Below are positions 9,486-19,447 of a DNA stretch of 64,000 nt, one piece after another. The notes under the pieces are model-generated. The model searched no databases. It was not told the origin of the DNA and saw only the letters and a program-made list of their open reading frames with translations. The position numbers were made by a program, and so were the translations under genes. Positions within the stretch are counted from its first letter, which is position 1. Every line of letters begins with the position of its first letter. Source of the stretch: an uncultured Solibacteraceae bacterium (GTDB lineage Bacteria > Acidobacteriota > Terriglobia > Bryobacterales > Bryobacteraceae); contig CAZKQQ010000008.1 of NCBI GenBank assembly GCA_964554945.1, positions 2,827-66,826 on the forward strand. The letters are read 5' to 3'.

Positions 9486-9855
9486 TTAATGCTTCCATCC
9501 TATTGGCTAGCCATTGTCGCGCATCGCTCCACATGCGCTGCAGAGTGTGAAGCGGCAAATTCAATACCTCGGCTGCCTGTTCATCGTTGAGTCCGAGGAA
9601 ATACTTGACCTCGACCACCTGAGCCCAATCCGGCTTCGTCTTCGCGAGTTCCTCAAGCAGTTGGTCCACGGTCACCGCCACATCGGTCTTATCGACGCGT
9701 GTGCAATCTTCGAGCCCGTCCAATCCAGGAAACTGCGGGCCGGGGTGGCCGCGGGCCTGATCGATTAGATAACGGCGCATGAGTCTACTCCCTATAGCGA
9801 ATCCATGCCGTCCCGTCCGCCATTCCCGCTGGTCCGACCAGTGCGAATGGCGCAT
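9457..9855 (-). pseudogene. 5'-truncated ECF-type sigma-70 factor remnant (region 4 and linker only)
   Basis: WRTGRHGFAIGSRLMRRYLIDQARG and VKYFLGLNDEQAAEVLNLPLHTLQRMWSDARQWL match the C-terminal two thirds of kinase-associated ECF sigmas. No region 2 is present. An in-frame TAG lies 7 codons upstream, and only 106 nt separate it from the next gene. Confidence 0.6.
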
Positions 9856-9903
9856 TCTAAATAAGTTGCGCGGCTATTCTACACCGCTTTAACTTCCTCG
9901 GCA

Positions 9904-9934
9904 ATGCCGTACCGTGTATGCCGTACCGTGTATG
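9904..9934. repeat. tandem duplication of 14 bp (ATGCCGTACCGTGT x2 plus a partial third copy)
   Basis: Read directly: atgccgtaccgtgt at 9904-9917 and again at 9918-9931, followed by atg. Confidence 0.95.
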
Positions 9935-9961
9935 TGACTTGTCTGTATTACTTCCTGGGAC

Positions 9962-11659
9962 CTACCCGATCCCCGTGTTGTGCACGATTTTTCCGTCAAC
10001 GATGGTCAGCGCGGAGCGGACCTTCTTGATTTCGGCGTCGGGCACGCTGAAGTAGTCACGATCGAGGACCAACAGATCGGCCAGTTTCCCGGTCTCAATC
10101 GTGCCGATCTTGTCCTCCATTCTCAAGAACCACGGGTTCTGGCGCGTGAACAGACGAATGGCTTCTTCGCGCGTCAGATGCTGACCCGGGTTCACTTGAT
10201 CGCCGAACGAATTGAGGCCCGTAACGGCATAATAGATGTGCAGCCACGGATTCAGTGGCGCAATGTGCACGCCGTCTCCGTGCATTCCTACCTGAATCCC
10301 ATGATCCATAATGGTGCGGAACGGCGGTCCGGCAACTACCTTGGGATCAGAGGAGGTCACCCACCGGAACGCTCCCATCTCCACGCCGCAGCCCAGGTTC
10401 TTGAGCCGCGTCAACAGATCCGCATCCACTTCCGGAACATGATGCACCACCCAGCGCAGCTTCGTAATGTCCGATTCTTTGTTGACGGCCTCCCACGATT
10501 GCACCACCTGCTTCAGCCCGGCGAGATTCTGCACTGCGTTCTCATTGCGCCAGCCCGCGCGGCCCACAATCCGCTGCGCGTCTTCCCAAACCGCGCCCGC
10601 ATTGAGGGGCGCGGCCCACTCGCCAATGGAACCCGTCTGCATCATATCGTCGCCGAAGAATTGGAACTGATTCCGCAAGCGCTCTCTCAGCTCGGGCAGG
10701 GCGGGGTCGTTCTGATTCTGCAAAAAGTTCGTCTGCAGACGAACCATGGTGCGGCCTTCCCGATGTAGTTCCAACCAGGCGTCGTACATGCGGTATTGAT
10801 CGAGATTCGACAGGATCTGGTTGGGATGTAATGGACCGGGCGTTGGAAACAGCACTTGATCCAGATGGGCAGTCAGTCCGACGGAAGCCGAGTACCGCAT
10901 GGCGTCCATGGTGCTCCGCTTCTTGTCTTCGAAGGTCTGCAACTTGCGCAGCAAAAAGAGCGCCGAGGCTGACGGACCTCCACCGGCAAAACCCGCCGCG
11001 GCAATCGCGCCCGTTGCCGAGACATTGATCTTTTTGATGTCAGGATGCGCGGGCGCCCCGGCATCCGCCGCGTCGAAGAATTTCTTGCCGAGCGAGTTGG
11101 TAACGGCCGGTCCCGTAAATCGTTCATACAACAACACAGGACGATCCGGAACCGCGGCGTCCAATTCCGCCAGTGTGGGATGGCGGTGTTCTGTCCACTG
11201 ATTCGGATGCCATCCACCCATTGAGGTGATCCACGCGCCTTCCGGCGCGTCTTTTCGCCGCGCCGCCAGCGCCTCCTGCACTTCCTTGATCGACGTCGTG
11301 TTCTCCAGAATGGTGTGATAGCCCGGCCGGTTTCCCAGGCTCACAATGTGAATATGCGGTTCGACGAGTCCAGGCAGGACGGTTCGGCCGCCAAGATTGA
11401 TCACGCGAACACCGCGCCCCGCTTTGGGCACGGCGCCGGCCACCGCAACGATGCGGTTGTGGCGAATGGCCACCGCATTCACCACGGAATTGGCCGGATC
11501 CATGGTGTGAATCTTGCCGTTGGCGAGAACCGTGGTGTTTTCGTCGATCGCCTGGAGCGGCGCCGTCTGCGTGCGTGCAGCTTTCGTGAAAGTCAACGCT
11601 CCGGCCCCGAGTGTGAGAAATCCCCGCCGCGCGACTCCGCTCGAGTGCTTTTTAGACAT
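9962..11659 (-). CDS. amidohydrolase family protein (Amidohydro_3-like) with a Tat-type signal
   Basis: Twin-arginine leader SGVARRGFLTLGAGAL. Metal-binding EPHIHIV motif. C-terminal GKLADLLVLDRDYF is typical of this family. Confidence 0.8.
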   Translation of the reverse strand: MSKKHSSGVARRGFLTLGAGALTFTKAARTQTAPLQAIDENTTVLANGKIHTMDPANSVVNAVAIRHNRIVAVAGAVPKAGRGVRVINLGGRTVLPGLVEPHIHIVSLGNRPGYHTILENTTSIKEVQEALAARRKDAPEGAWITSMGGWHPNQWTEHRHPTLAELDAAVPDRPVLLYERFTGPAVTNSLGKKFFDAADAGAPAHPDIKKINVSATGAIAAAGFAGGGPSASALFLLRKLQTFEDKKRSTMDAMRYSASVGLTAHLDQVLFPTPGPLHPNQILSNLDQYRMYDAWLELHREGRTMVRLQTNFLQNQNDPALPELRERLRNQFQFFGDDMMQTGSIGEWAAPLNAGAVWEDAQRIVGRAGWRNENAVQNLAGLKQVVQSWEAVNKESDITKLRWVVHHVPEVDADLLTRLKNLGCGVEMGAFRWVTSSDPKVVAGPPFRTIMDHGIQVGMHGDGVHIAPLNPWLHIYYAVTGLNSFGDQVNPGQHLTREEAIRLFTRQNPWFLRMEDKIGTIETGKLADLLVLDRDYFSVPDAEIKKVRSALTIVDGKIVHNTGIG

Positions 11660-11735
11660 GCTCGTTCGCTCCTTTGATCAAGATTACTCCGGGAGAGGAC
11701 GGGGAGAAAGAGAGGGTGCATGCGAGGGACAGCCG

Positions 11736-11759
11736 CGGACCCGCTTTTCAGCGGGTCCG
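11736..11759 (-). terminator. 9-bp GC-rich hairpin downstream of the Oar-like receptor gene (no clear U tract)
   Basis: cggacccgc-ttttca-gcgggtccg read directly, about 30 nt after the stop at 11787. Confidence 0.45.
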
Positions 11760-11786
11760 GCCGGCTGCAGGCGGGAGTGCCTGCGA

Positions 11787-14700
11787 TCAGAAAATGTACT
11801 TCAGGGCCAACTGGACGATGCGTGGATTTACGCTCGTGGAAGTAATCTGTCCGAAGTTGCCCGCGGCGAAATTCGGCAGGCCGTAGATAGCGCCCTGGCC
11901 GAAGTTTGGATTGGTGAACTGCGGGTGATTGAAGGCGTTAAAGAATTCGGCTCGGAACTGGATTGTCTGCCGCTCCCGAATGGTAGTGGTCTTCAAAATC
12001 GAAAGGTCGAAATTGAATTGGCCCGGTCCGGGAATGATGCCCGATCCGCTGTTGCCGTAAAGCGTGCCGCAGGTGATGCCGGGGTTCGCCGCCGCGCACT
12101 GCGCCTGGCCGGAACTGGACGGGGTGGAGTAGTAAACCGTCCCCGTGGGCGACATCGCCGGCGGGGCGACAAAGGCCGCTTTGTTGAACCAGCCGGGACC
12201 GCCGCTGGCGCCGCCTAACCGGTCCTCCACGCCGCCCGAAGTCGCGATATTGTCGTAGGTCATGCCGGGCGCGATTTGTGCCCGGCCGAAGCCAGCCTGG
12301 CTGGTCCCGCTGGTGCCGAACAGCGTGCCGGCTGTCTGGTCGGCGATCGTCATCGGCGATCCGCCCTGGACCACCGTCACGCCCGACACGTTCCAGCCGC
12401 CGACCACCTTCTGCAGGAAGCCCGAATGCGTGCGGAACGGAAGGTCGTAACTGTAATTCGCGACGAAACGCTGCGGACGGCTGAACGTGGCAGGCCCGTA
12501 CTGCTGCGCGAGATCGCCGGCGTTGTTGCTGTTGGCGACATCGTTGTATTCCACCGTCATGTCCTTGCTCCACGTGTACGCTCCCTGGAACGTGAAGCCG
12601 TGCGAGAACTGCTTGCGAACGGTCGCCTGCAGGCTGGTGTAGTTGGCATACGCGTCAAAAGCCGTTCCCCGGACACCCACCGCCTGATAGCCGAGATACG
12701 GCACGCGGAACGCGACGTTCCCCGTAGTATTGGTGGTAATTCCGTTGATTGGGTTCGCGGCGCTGGCGAGCCGTGCCGTATTGTTGTTGTGATACTGCTC
12801 CATCAGGTTAATGGAACTCGATCCGACAAAACCGGCTTCGAGGACCCATTGATGCGCGAACTCATACTGGATCCCCAGGTTGTACTGCCGCACCAGGGGC
12901 GTATGAATGACCTCGTCCAGGAACGGAACGTTCAGGTTTGAAGTACAACCGGGAAGCGTCGCGTTTGCCATGCACGAGGGCGTGAAATTGATAAAGCGGG
13001 ACGAGAACGTCCCGAGCACCGGTGTGGCCGGGAACGGACTGGCGAGAGTCAGGTTGTTGAACGAGTTGAAGTCGATTGTCGCCGAATAGGGATTACCCTG
13101 CTCGACCGAATAGACGATGCGGTCACCGCCCACCCGGTCATAGAAGATACCGGCGCCGCCGCGGACTACCAGCTTGCTATTGGCCTGGTAGGCGAATCCG
13201 AAGCGCGGGCCGAAGTTGCTAAGCGGCGCCCGTTCTCGCAATGCGGATTTGCGCGAATTGATCAGCACGCCATCCGGCGGCTGCGGGTAGTGGTCGAGAT
13301 AATTGTTCGGCACCACCCACTGGCTCACGCCCGGCCCCGAAGTGGTGGGTCCGCTCGGTGGAATCGGAACGGCCGCGATGCGGCTCACCCAGCTTTGCGT
13401 CAGATTGCCGTACTTGTCGGTAAGGGCTCCGTTGTACTCCCAACGAACGCCCAGATTCAGAGTGAGGCGCGAGTTGAGCTTGAAGTCGTCCTGGAAAAAC
13501 GCGCTTCCACCCGGAGCGCTGTAGCCATGGACGATGCCCTGGGGGGCGCTGCGCGTACAGAACAGACACTGGTTGATGTTGCCGGGCTGTCCGGTCGCGG
13601 TGTTCTGCGGACCACCGACCAGAAGGTCATTGAAGCTGCCAACCGTGAAATTTCCACGGGTTCCGGACCAAGTGATCGGCCAGTCGTTCCGTTCCCATTC
13701 GAAACCGACGCGCATCGTATGGCGCCCGCGGGAGAGCGAAACCTGGTCGGCGATCTGCTTCTGGTTGGTCACGCTGTAGGTGCCGTTATTGATGCCGCCT
13801 AGGATGGTGAAGCCGCTGGCCGAAATGTTGAAGGGAGGAGGTAACTCGACACCCGGGACATTGGGCGTAATTCCCAAGCCCGCATTGGTGACGCCGGGAG
13901 GCGCTTGAGCACCAGTCTGCGCGAGATTGCGCTGCATGGAAATGCGCGCTTCGTTCACAATCGTATTGCTCGCGACAGTCGTAAGCTTCAGGACAGCATT
14001 CACGTTGTCGAAACCCAGGTTGTTTGGAGCGCCGGGCAGCTGGCCGCCCAGAGGCGCGATCTGCGGATCGTTGGTATAGAACCAGCGGGCCGCGAGACTG
14101 TTCTTGGCGTTGATCAGGTAATCCCCGTTGATCAGTTCCTGGTTGCCGTTATAGATTGCCGGACTGGAGAACGTGACCTGCCGGTAACCGGCGACGCCCG
14201 AAGACGGAAAGTAATACTGGCCGTTGGGCAACTTGATGTTGAGAATATTCAGCGCCACAGGATTGATATTGGACCCATCGCATAAAACGTTCTGGCTCCC
14301 GCTCGGGGTGACGAAATTCCGGTCTCCCGGATGATTTTGCGGGCAACTGGCGGCTCCCAGCGCGTCGCGGAATCCGGCCGCGGAACGGTCGCCCGCCGGA
14401 ATCGGCGGCAGCAGCGCCGTAGTCACGCCCTGCGACGCCAAACCATTCTTCTGACGGGTTCCCTGGTAGCTGCCGAAGATGAAAAACTTATCTTTCTTGA
14501 TGGGACCGCCCAACACGCCGCCAAACTGGTTCTGATTGAGAATCTGTTTCGTATTGGCGCTCGCGGGATTGTTGCGATTGTAGAAGAAATCGTTGGCGTT
14601 AAAGATCGAGTCCCGCAGGAACTCGAAGGCGCTTCCATGAAATTGGTTCGAGCCGGACTTGGTCACCACGTTCACGTTTGCGCCGGGATTGCGCCCATAG

Positions 14701-15434
14701 CTGGCGTCATAAGTCGAGGTCTGCACTTTGAATTCCTGCAGCGCGTCCGGGCTAGGAATGCCGACGCCCGTGTACAGGCTCGCGTCGTTGGCGCTGCCGC
14801 TGTTGGCGAAGTTGGTGATGTTCACGCCGTCCATCTGGAAATTGTTCTGGCCGGGATCGTTGCCGTTGACGCTCATGTTCTGCGTGCCCTTGCCCAACGC
14901 CGTGGCGTTGTTGGCGCCGCTATTGGTGCCGGCCGATAGGGCGATGATCTGCGTGTAGTTGCGGCTGCTCAGGGGCAGCTGCGTCACGGTGCGCGTGCCT
15001 ACGGTGTTGCCCAGCGTGGAAGTCGCCGTTTGCAGTGCCTCCACCTGCGATTCGACCGTCACTTGTTCGCTTTGCGAGCCGACCTCAAGGGTGCCGTCCA
15101 GGACAGGAGTCTCGGTTACGTTCACGACAACAGAGGAAACCTCCGCCGTCTTGAATCCCGTGGCGCTAAACCGCACGCGATAGCTTCCTGGCGGCAGGAG
15201 CGAAAATTTATAGACGCCGTCGGCTCCGCTCATTCCGGTGCGGGTTTGATTGGTGTCCGTGCTCGTCAGCGTGACGACCGCTCCGGCAACAACGCCACCG
15301 CCTGGATCCGTTACGGTCCCGGTCAGAGCTCCGGTCCCGGCGGATTGGGCAAGTAAGTAACTGGTGAACAGCGCACATGTGACTATGCACAAACCAATCC
15401 TGGAAAGTTCACTTCGCCGATTCGATTCGTTCAT
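11787..15434 (-). CDS. TonB-dependent receptor, Oar-like, with N-terminal carboxypeptidase-regulatory-like domain
   Basis: N-terminus GTVTDPGGGVVAGAVVTLTSTDTNQTRTGMSGADGVYKFSLLPPGSYRVRFSATGFK. C-terminal barrel ends in LALKYIF. 1215 aa. Confidence 0.9.
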   Translation of the reverse strand: MNESNRRSELSRIGLCIVTCALFTSYLLAQSAGTGALTGTVTDPGGGVVAGAVVTLTSTDTNQTRTGMSGADGVYKFSLLPPGSYRVRFSATGFKTAEVSSVVVNVTETPVLDGTLEVGSQSEQVTVESQVEALQTATSTLGNTVGTRTVTQLPLSSRNYTQIIALSAGTNSGANNATALGKGTQNMSVNGNDPGQNNFQMDGVNITNFANSGSANDASLYTGVGIPSPDALQEFKVQTSTYDASYGRNPGANVNVVTKSGSNQFHGSAFEFLRDSIFNANDFFYNRNNPASANTKQILNQNQFGGVLGGPIKKDKFFIFGSYQGTRQKNGLASQGVTTALLPPIPAGDRSAAGFRDALGAASCPQNHPGDRNFVTPSGSQNVLCDGSNINPVALNILNIKLPNGQYYFPSSGVAGYRQVTFSSPAIYNGNQELINGDYLINAKNSLAARWFYTNDPQIAPLGGQLPGAPNNLGFDNVNAVLKLTTVASNTIVNEARISMQRNLAQTGAQAPPGVTNAGLGITPNVPGVELPPPFNISASGFTILGGINNGTYSVTNQKQIADQVSLSRGRHTMRVGFEWERNDWPITWSGTRGNFTVGSFNDLLVGGPQNTATGQPGNINQCLFCTRSAPQGIVHGYSAPGGSAFFQDDFKLNSRLTLNLGVRWEYNGALTDKYGNLTQSWVSRIAAVPIPPSGPTTSGPGVSQWVVPNNYLDHYPQPPDGVLINSRKSALRERAPLSNFGPRFGFAYQANSKLVVRGGAGIFYDRVGGDRIVYSVEQGNPYSATIDFNSFNNLTLASPFPATPVLGTFSSRFINFTPSCMANATLPGCTSNLNVPFLDEVIHTPLVRQYNLGIQYEFAHQWVLEAGFVGSSSINLMEQYHNNNTARLASAANPINGITTNTTGNVAFRVPYLGYQAVGVRGTAFDAYANYTSLQATVRKQFSHGFTFQGAYTWSKDMTVEYNDVANSNNAGDLAQQYGPATFSRPQRFVANYSYDLPFRTHSGFLQKVVGGWNVSGVTVVQGGSPMTIADQTAGTLFGTSGTSQAGFGRAQIAPGMTYDNIATSGGVEDRLGGASGGPGWFNKAAFVAPPAMSPTGTVYYSTPSSSGQAQCAAANPGITCGTLYGNSGSGIIPGPGQFNFDLSILKTTTIRERQTIQFRAEFFNAFNHPQFTNPNFGQGAIYGLPNFAAGNFGQITSTSVNPRIVQLALKYIF

Positions 15435-15774
15435 TTACCCCTCGCGTTAGACCGATTTTCGACCCACTGGCCCCGGGGTCCCCGATATGGCTCACGATTA
15501 TATGCGATCTTCGTTGCGAAAGGAATGGATATTTGCAGGCGGTATTCTGCGGCGGGGACGGCGGTCTCCATTAGCCTCCGCTTCCAACACAACTGTTCAC
15601 GAAGTGTTTACAACTGCGAACAGTGATCGCCTGTATTCTTGCTTCGGGGAACCAGGACAACTTAGCATCTTCGTCACGCGCGTTTGCAACGTTCTATTTG
15701 TCTCTCAGCAGAGCCTGCACGCATTGGCGCAAGATACGACATCAACGAATCTTTCACAGACGGGGAGAATAGAC

Positions 15775-16329
15775 ATGCGGAAACTCAGTATGCTGGCCAT
15801 CGGGTTGGCTTTGGTTATGGTTTCCTGGACTATCGCGACGAATAGCGCCACGGCCCAGGTGGATAGTAACGATGCCCGGATTTCGCTGGCCGATCAATGT
15901 GATCCCGCGACCTTTCCGAGCGGTCTCTGTATGGCCACGCCGCACCGCGCTGACGTGACATTTGGGGAGTTCCGTGCGCTCCTGTTCTCTCCCCTGATCG
16001 CCACGGTTGTGGGACATCCGGCCTGGCGGTTCGAGCCATCGTATCTGGACGTCCGGTCCGGACACCAGCTCCGGGTGACGAACAATGGTGGCGAAAACCA
16101 TACGTTCACGGAAGTCGCGGCTTTTGGGGGAGGATTCGTTCCGCCGTTGAATGGTGTGGGCGCAGCAGGAAAAGTGCCGTTGACGCCGGCGGCAGCGTGC
16201 GTTCCACCTCCGGGAACGACCATAGTGGGACCAGGTAGCACGGTGGAGATAAAAGGACTGTCCTCCGGCGTCCACACTTTCCAGTGCTGCATCCATCCCT
16301 GGATGCGCGCGGTGGTAACGGTGGAGTAG
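15775..16329 (+). CDS. exported cupredoxin (amicyanin/plastocyanin-like type-1 copper protein)
   Basis: Signal peptide MRKLSMLAIGLALVMVSWTIATNSATAQ. Ligand pattern ENHTFTE ... CCIHPWM (C-x2-H-x2-M, as in amicyanin CTPHPFM). Start moved to ATG 15775, after GGGGAG. Confidence 0.75.
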   Translation: MRKLSMLAIGLALVMVSWTIATNSATAQVDSNDARISLADQCDPATFPSGLCMATPHRADVTFGEFRALLFSPLIATVVGHPAWRFEPSYLDVRSGHQLRVTNNGGENHTFTEVAAFGGGFVPPLNGVGAAGKVPLTPAAACVPPPGTTIVGPGSTVEIKGLSSGVHTFQCCIHPWMRAVVTVE

Positions 16330-16611
16330 TCCGTTCCCGCGATCAAGCTTGTCCGGCGGATTCGCTGATTGCAACCGTTCGGAGCTTCGCCACCAGCGAC
16401 AAACAACCTGATTGCCCGGACCGGGCAAATAGACGTCCGCTCAAACGAAGGCAAACGCCCCTTAGTGAACCTGCCCGTCCGTACCACGGAACACACCCTC
16501 CATAAATCTCATATCTGAATCGACAAGGGGTAGCCGTAATGCCCCGCCAGTCTTGGCCTCGATACGAAAGTGACCGGTGTTTGCGGGGATTTGATTCCGG
16601 CTGGTACGATC

Positions 16612-18153
16612 ATGAGGGCCATGGGTTTTGCGCCTGGGCCGGGAGGGTGCTTGAGAACACAACCCGCTCCGATAAATCGTTCAAGCAGACAGGAAACAGG
16701 TATCGCGGGACTCGACGAAATCCTGGGTGGCGGTCTACCGTCCAATCGCCTCTATGTCGTCGAAGGCGATCCCGGCAGCGGGAAAACGACGCTGGCATTG
16801 CAGTTCCTGCTCGAGGGCGTTCGGCGGGGCCAGACGTGCTTGTATATCACGCTTTCGGAAACGGTCGAAGAGTTGCGTGATGTCGCCGCGTCGCATGGCT
16901 GGACCTTGGATGGCCTCCATCTGCTGGAGCTTGAAAGCATTGCGGAGCGGCTTGCGGAAGAAGCGAATTACACCGTTTACCACGCCTCCGATGTCGAGCT
17001 GGGCGAAACGCTAAAACGGATACGCGCTGAAGTGGAGCGGATCGACCCTACGCGCGTCGCGCTGGATTCCGTATCGGAATTGAAAATCCTTTCGCAGACA
17101 TCGGTCCGGTATCGCCGGGAGATTCTCGCGCTCAAGCAGTTTTTCGCCGGCAGGAAATGTACAGTTCTTATCCTCGACGATCTCACGACGCGCGAAGGCG
17201 AACAGCAGCTTCAAAGCATTGCGCACGGCGTGATCCGCATGGAACGTGAAGCCCGCGAATACGGCACAACCCGCCGCCAGATCCACATCGCGAAAATGCG
17301 CGCTGTCCAGTTTATCGACGGCCGTCATGATTTTATTATCAAGCCGGGCGGGATCGAACTCTATCCGCGTCTCGCACCAGGGAGTTATTTGGTGGATCAG
17401 GGCGAGTGGGCAGCCAGTGGCAGCTCTGAACTCGATGCCTTACTCGGCGGCGGTCTGGATCGTGGAGCGAGCACGCTTCTTCTTGGCCCGGCTGGCTCAG
17501 GCAAGACCACGATCTGTTCGCAATACCTGATCTCTGCGCTCCAGCGGGGCGAAAAGGTGGCGTGCTACCTCTTTGAAGAGAGCCCAGAGACGTTCCTCAA
17601 GCGCGCTGCCGGACTGGGGATGGACTTCCTACCGCATCTGAAGTCGGGGCTGTTTGACTTGGTGCAGGTGAACCTGGCGGAATTGTCGCCAGGGGAATTT
17701 TCTTCCCGCTTGAGGCGAGCGGTCGAGGACCGCAAAGCCAGTCTCATTGTGATCGACAGTCTCAACGGCTATCTCAACGGCATGCCCAGTGAGCGGTACC
17801 TGCTCATCCACATGCACGAATTGCTGGCCTATCTGGGTCGAAGGGGTGTCACTACAATTCTCACTCTGGCCCAGCATGGGCTCATGGGTGGAACAATGAA
17901 TGCGCCGCTCGATCTCAGCTTCCTTGCTGATACCGTCATGCTTCTTCGATATTTCGAGGCAGGCGGCCTGGTCCGGCAAGCTGTCTCCATCGTGAAGAGA
18001 CGCCGCGGAGGACACGAACGCTCGATTCGCGAGATGATGATCACTTCAAACGGATTGCACGTCGGAGGCGTGCTCAAGAACTTCCGAGGCGTCCTGACGG
18101 GCGTCCCGGAATATCGCGGCGAGAACGATGAGTTGTTGGACGGCAACGAGTGA
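16612..18153 (+). CDS. KaiC-like double-domain RecA-superfamily ATPase
   Basis: TGIAGLDEILGGGLPSNRLYVVEGDPGSGKTTLALQF gives the first Walker A. LLGPAGSGKTT gives the second. The start is uncertain (GTG 16570 or ATG 16612). Confidence 0.85.
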   Translation: MRAMGFAPGPGGCLRTQPAPINRSSRQETGIAGLDEILGGGLPSNRLYVVEGDPGSGKTTLALQFLLEGVRRGQTCLYITLSETVEELRDVAASHGWTLDGLHLLELESIAERLAEEANYTVYHASDVELGETLKRIRAEVERIDPTRVALDSVSELKILSQTSVRYRREILALKQFFAGRKCTVLILDDLTTREGEQQLQSIAHGVIRMEREAREYGTTRRQIHIAKMRAVQFIDGRHDFIIKPGGIELYPRLAPGSYLVDQGEWAASGSSELDALLGGGLDRGASTLLLGPAGSGKTTICSQYLISALQRGEKVACYLFEESPETFLKRAAGLGMDFLPHLKSGLFDLVQVNLAELSPGEFSSRLRRAVEDRKASLIVIDSLNGYLNGMPSERYLLIHMHELLAYLGRRGVTTILTLAQHGLMGGTMNAPLDLSFLADTVMLLRYFEAGGLVRQAVSIVKRRRGGHERSIREMMITSNGLHVGGVLKNFRGVLTGVPEYRGENDELLDGNE

Positions 18154-18160
18154 GCAGTGA

Positions 18161-19282
18161 ATGTTTCGCCGAAGCTCTAGCGAAATGCGCGTCCTCATCC
18201 TGGCTCCGGTCGGGAGAGATGCGGCCCTGCTCGCGCAAACCGTTGCAACCCTGGATGTGGAATCAACGATTGTGCCCGACGCAACCACTCTGCTGAAAGA
18301 GGTATCGCAGGGAGTCGGCGCATCAATCATTGCCGATGAAGCGATTTCTCCGCGCTGCATTCACGAGCTGACGTTGTGGCTCTCCACGGAGCCCCCTTGG
18401 TCTGACCCGCCATTTATCATCTTGATGCCGCGCGGGCAAACCACGGAGTACGGCCGTCAGCGCGCCCAGGAGTTTTCTCCGTTGGGGAACTTCACACTGG
18501 TCGAACGGCCCGTACGACCCGAAACCATACAGAGCGGCGTTCGGGCAGCCCTGCGCGGTCGCATGAAACAATACGAAATCCGCAGCCGCCAGGAGGCCTT
18601 ACTCCGCGCCAATGCGGATTTAGAGCAATTTGCTCACTCGGCGAGCCACGACCTGAAAGAGCCGCTTAGGGGTATACGCATTTTCAGTGAACTGCTGCTA
18701 AAAGAATACGGGAAGGCCATTGACCAGCGCGGCGTTGGATTTCTGGAGATGGTGGCGGCCAGTGCGCAGCGCATGGATAATCTCCTGGCCGATTTGCTGG
18801 CCTACACGCAAGCATCCGGCGTTCCAGATGAGCTGCCCGAAGCGACTCCTGCGCGGATTGCGCTGGACGCCGCGTTAGGCAATCTTGCTGCCATCATTCA
18901 GGAAACGAACGCCGAGGTTATCACAGCGGATATGCCCGCGGTGCGGATGCGGACGAGCCATCTCCAGCAGTTGTTTCAAAACCTGCTCGCCAATGCCCTG
19001 AAGTACCGACGGAAGACCTGTTCCCCGCGCATCTGCGTTACATCGAAGCGATCCGGCGAATTCTGGTTGTTCAGTATCGCGGATAATGGCATCGGGATTG
19101 CCCCAGAGGACCGCGAGAAGATCTTTGGAATGTTTCAACGGTTACACACAAACAGCCAATATAGCGGCACGGGCATGGGACTTGCGATTTGTCAGCGAAT
19201 CATCGAGCGGCATCGCGGGCGGATTTGGGTCGAGTCCGAACCAGGACGAGGCTCAAACTTCCTATTCACAATTCCGGCGTGA
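18161..19282 (+). CDS. histidine kinase with N-terminal receiver-like domain
   Basis: MRVLILAPVGRDAALLAQ is a receiver-like N-terminus. H-box FAHSASHDLKEPLRGI. HATPase region DNGIGIAPEDREKIFGMFQRL...GTGMGLAICQRI. Starts 7 nt after the KaiC-like stop. Confidence 0.85.
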   Translation: MFRRSSSEMRVLILAPVGRDAALLAQTVATLDVESTIVPDATTLLKEVSQGVGASIIADEAISPRCIHELTLWLSTEPPWSDPPFIILMPRGQTTEYGRQRAQEFSPLGNFTLVERPVRPETIQSGVRAALRGRMKQYEIRSRQEALLRANADLEQFAHSASHDLKEPLRGIRIFSELLLKEYGKAIDQRGVGFLEMVAASAQRMDNLLADLLAYTQASGVPDELPEATPARIALDAALGNLAAIIQETNAEVITADMPAVRMRTSHLQQLFQNLLANALKYRRKTCSPRICVTSKRSGEFWLFSIADNGIGIAPEDREKIFGMFQRLHTNSQYSGTGMGLAICQRIIERHRGRIWVESEPGRGSNFLFTIPA

Positions 19283-19447
19283 TCGAATCACCGATCCGGA
19301 CCGGCCGAGAAAAGCACATCCTTCGAGATGGACCTTTACGAAAGCGTCCGAGCCACCTTTGATGCGAGCCCGAAGAACACCGGGCCTCTTACCCTGCCGT
19401 TGGCGCAGATGAGGAAAAAGCGGGAGATCTTACTCTCGATTCGGGGC

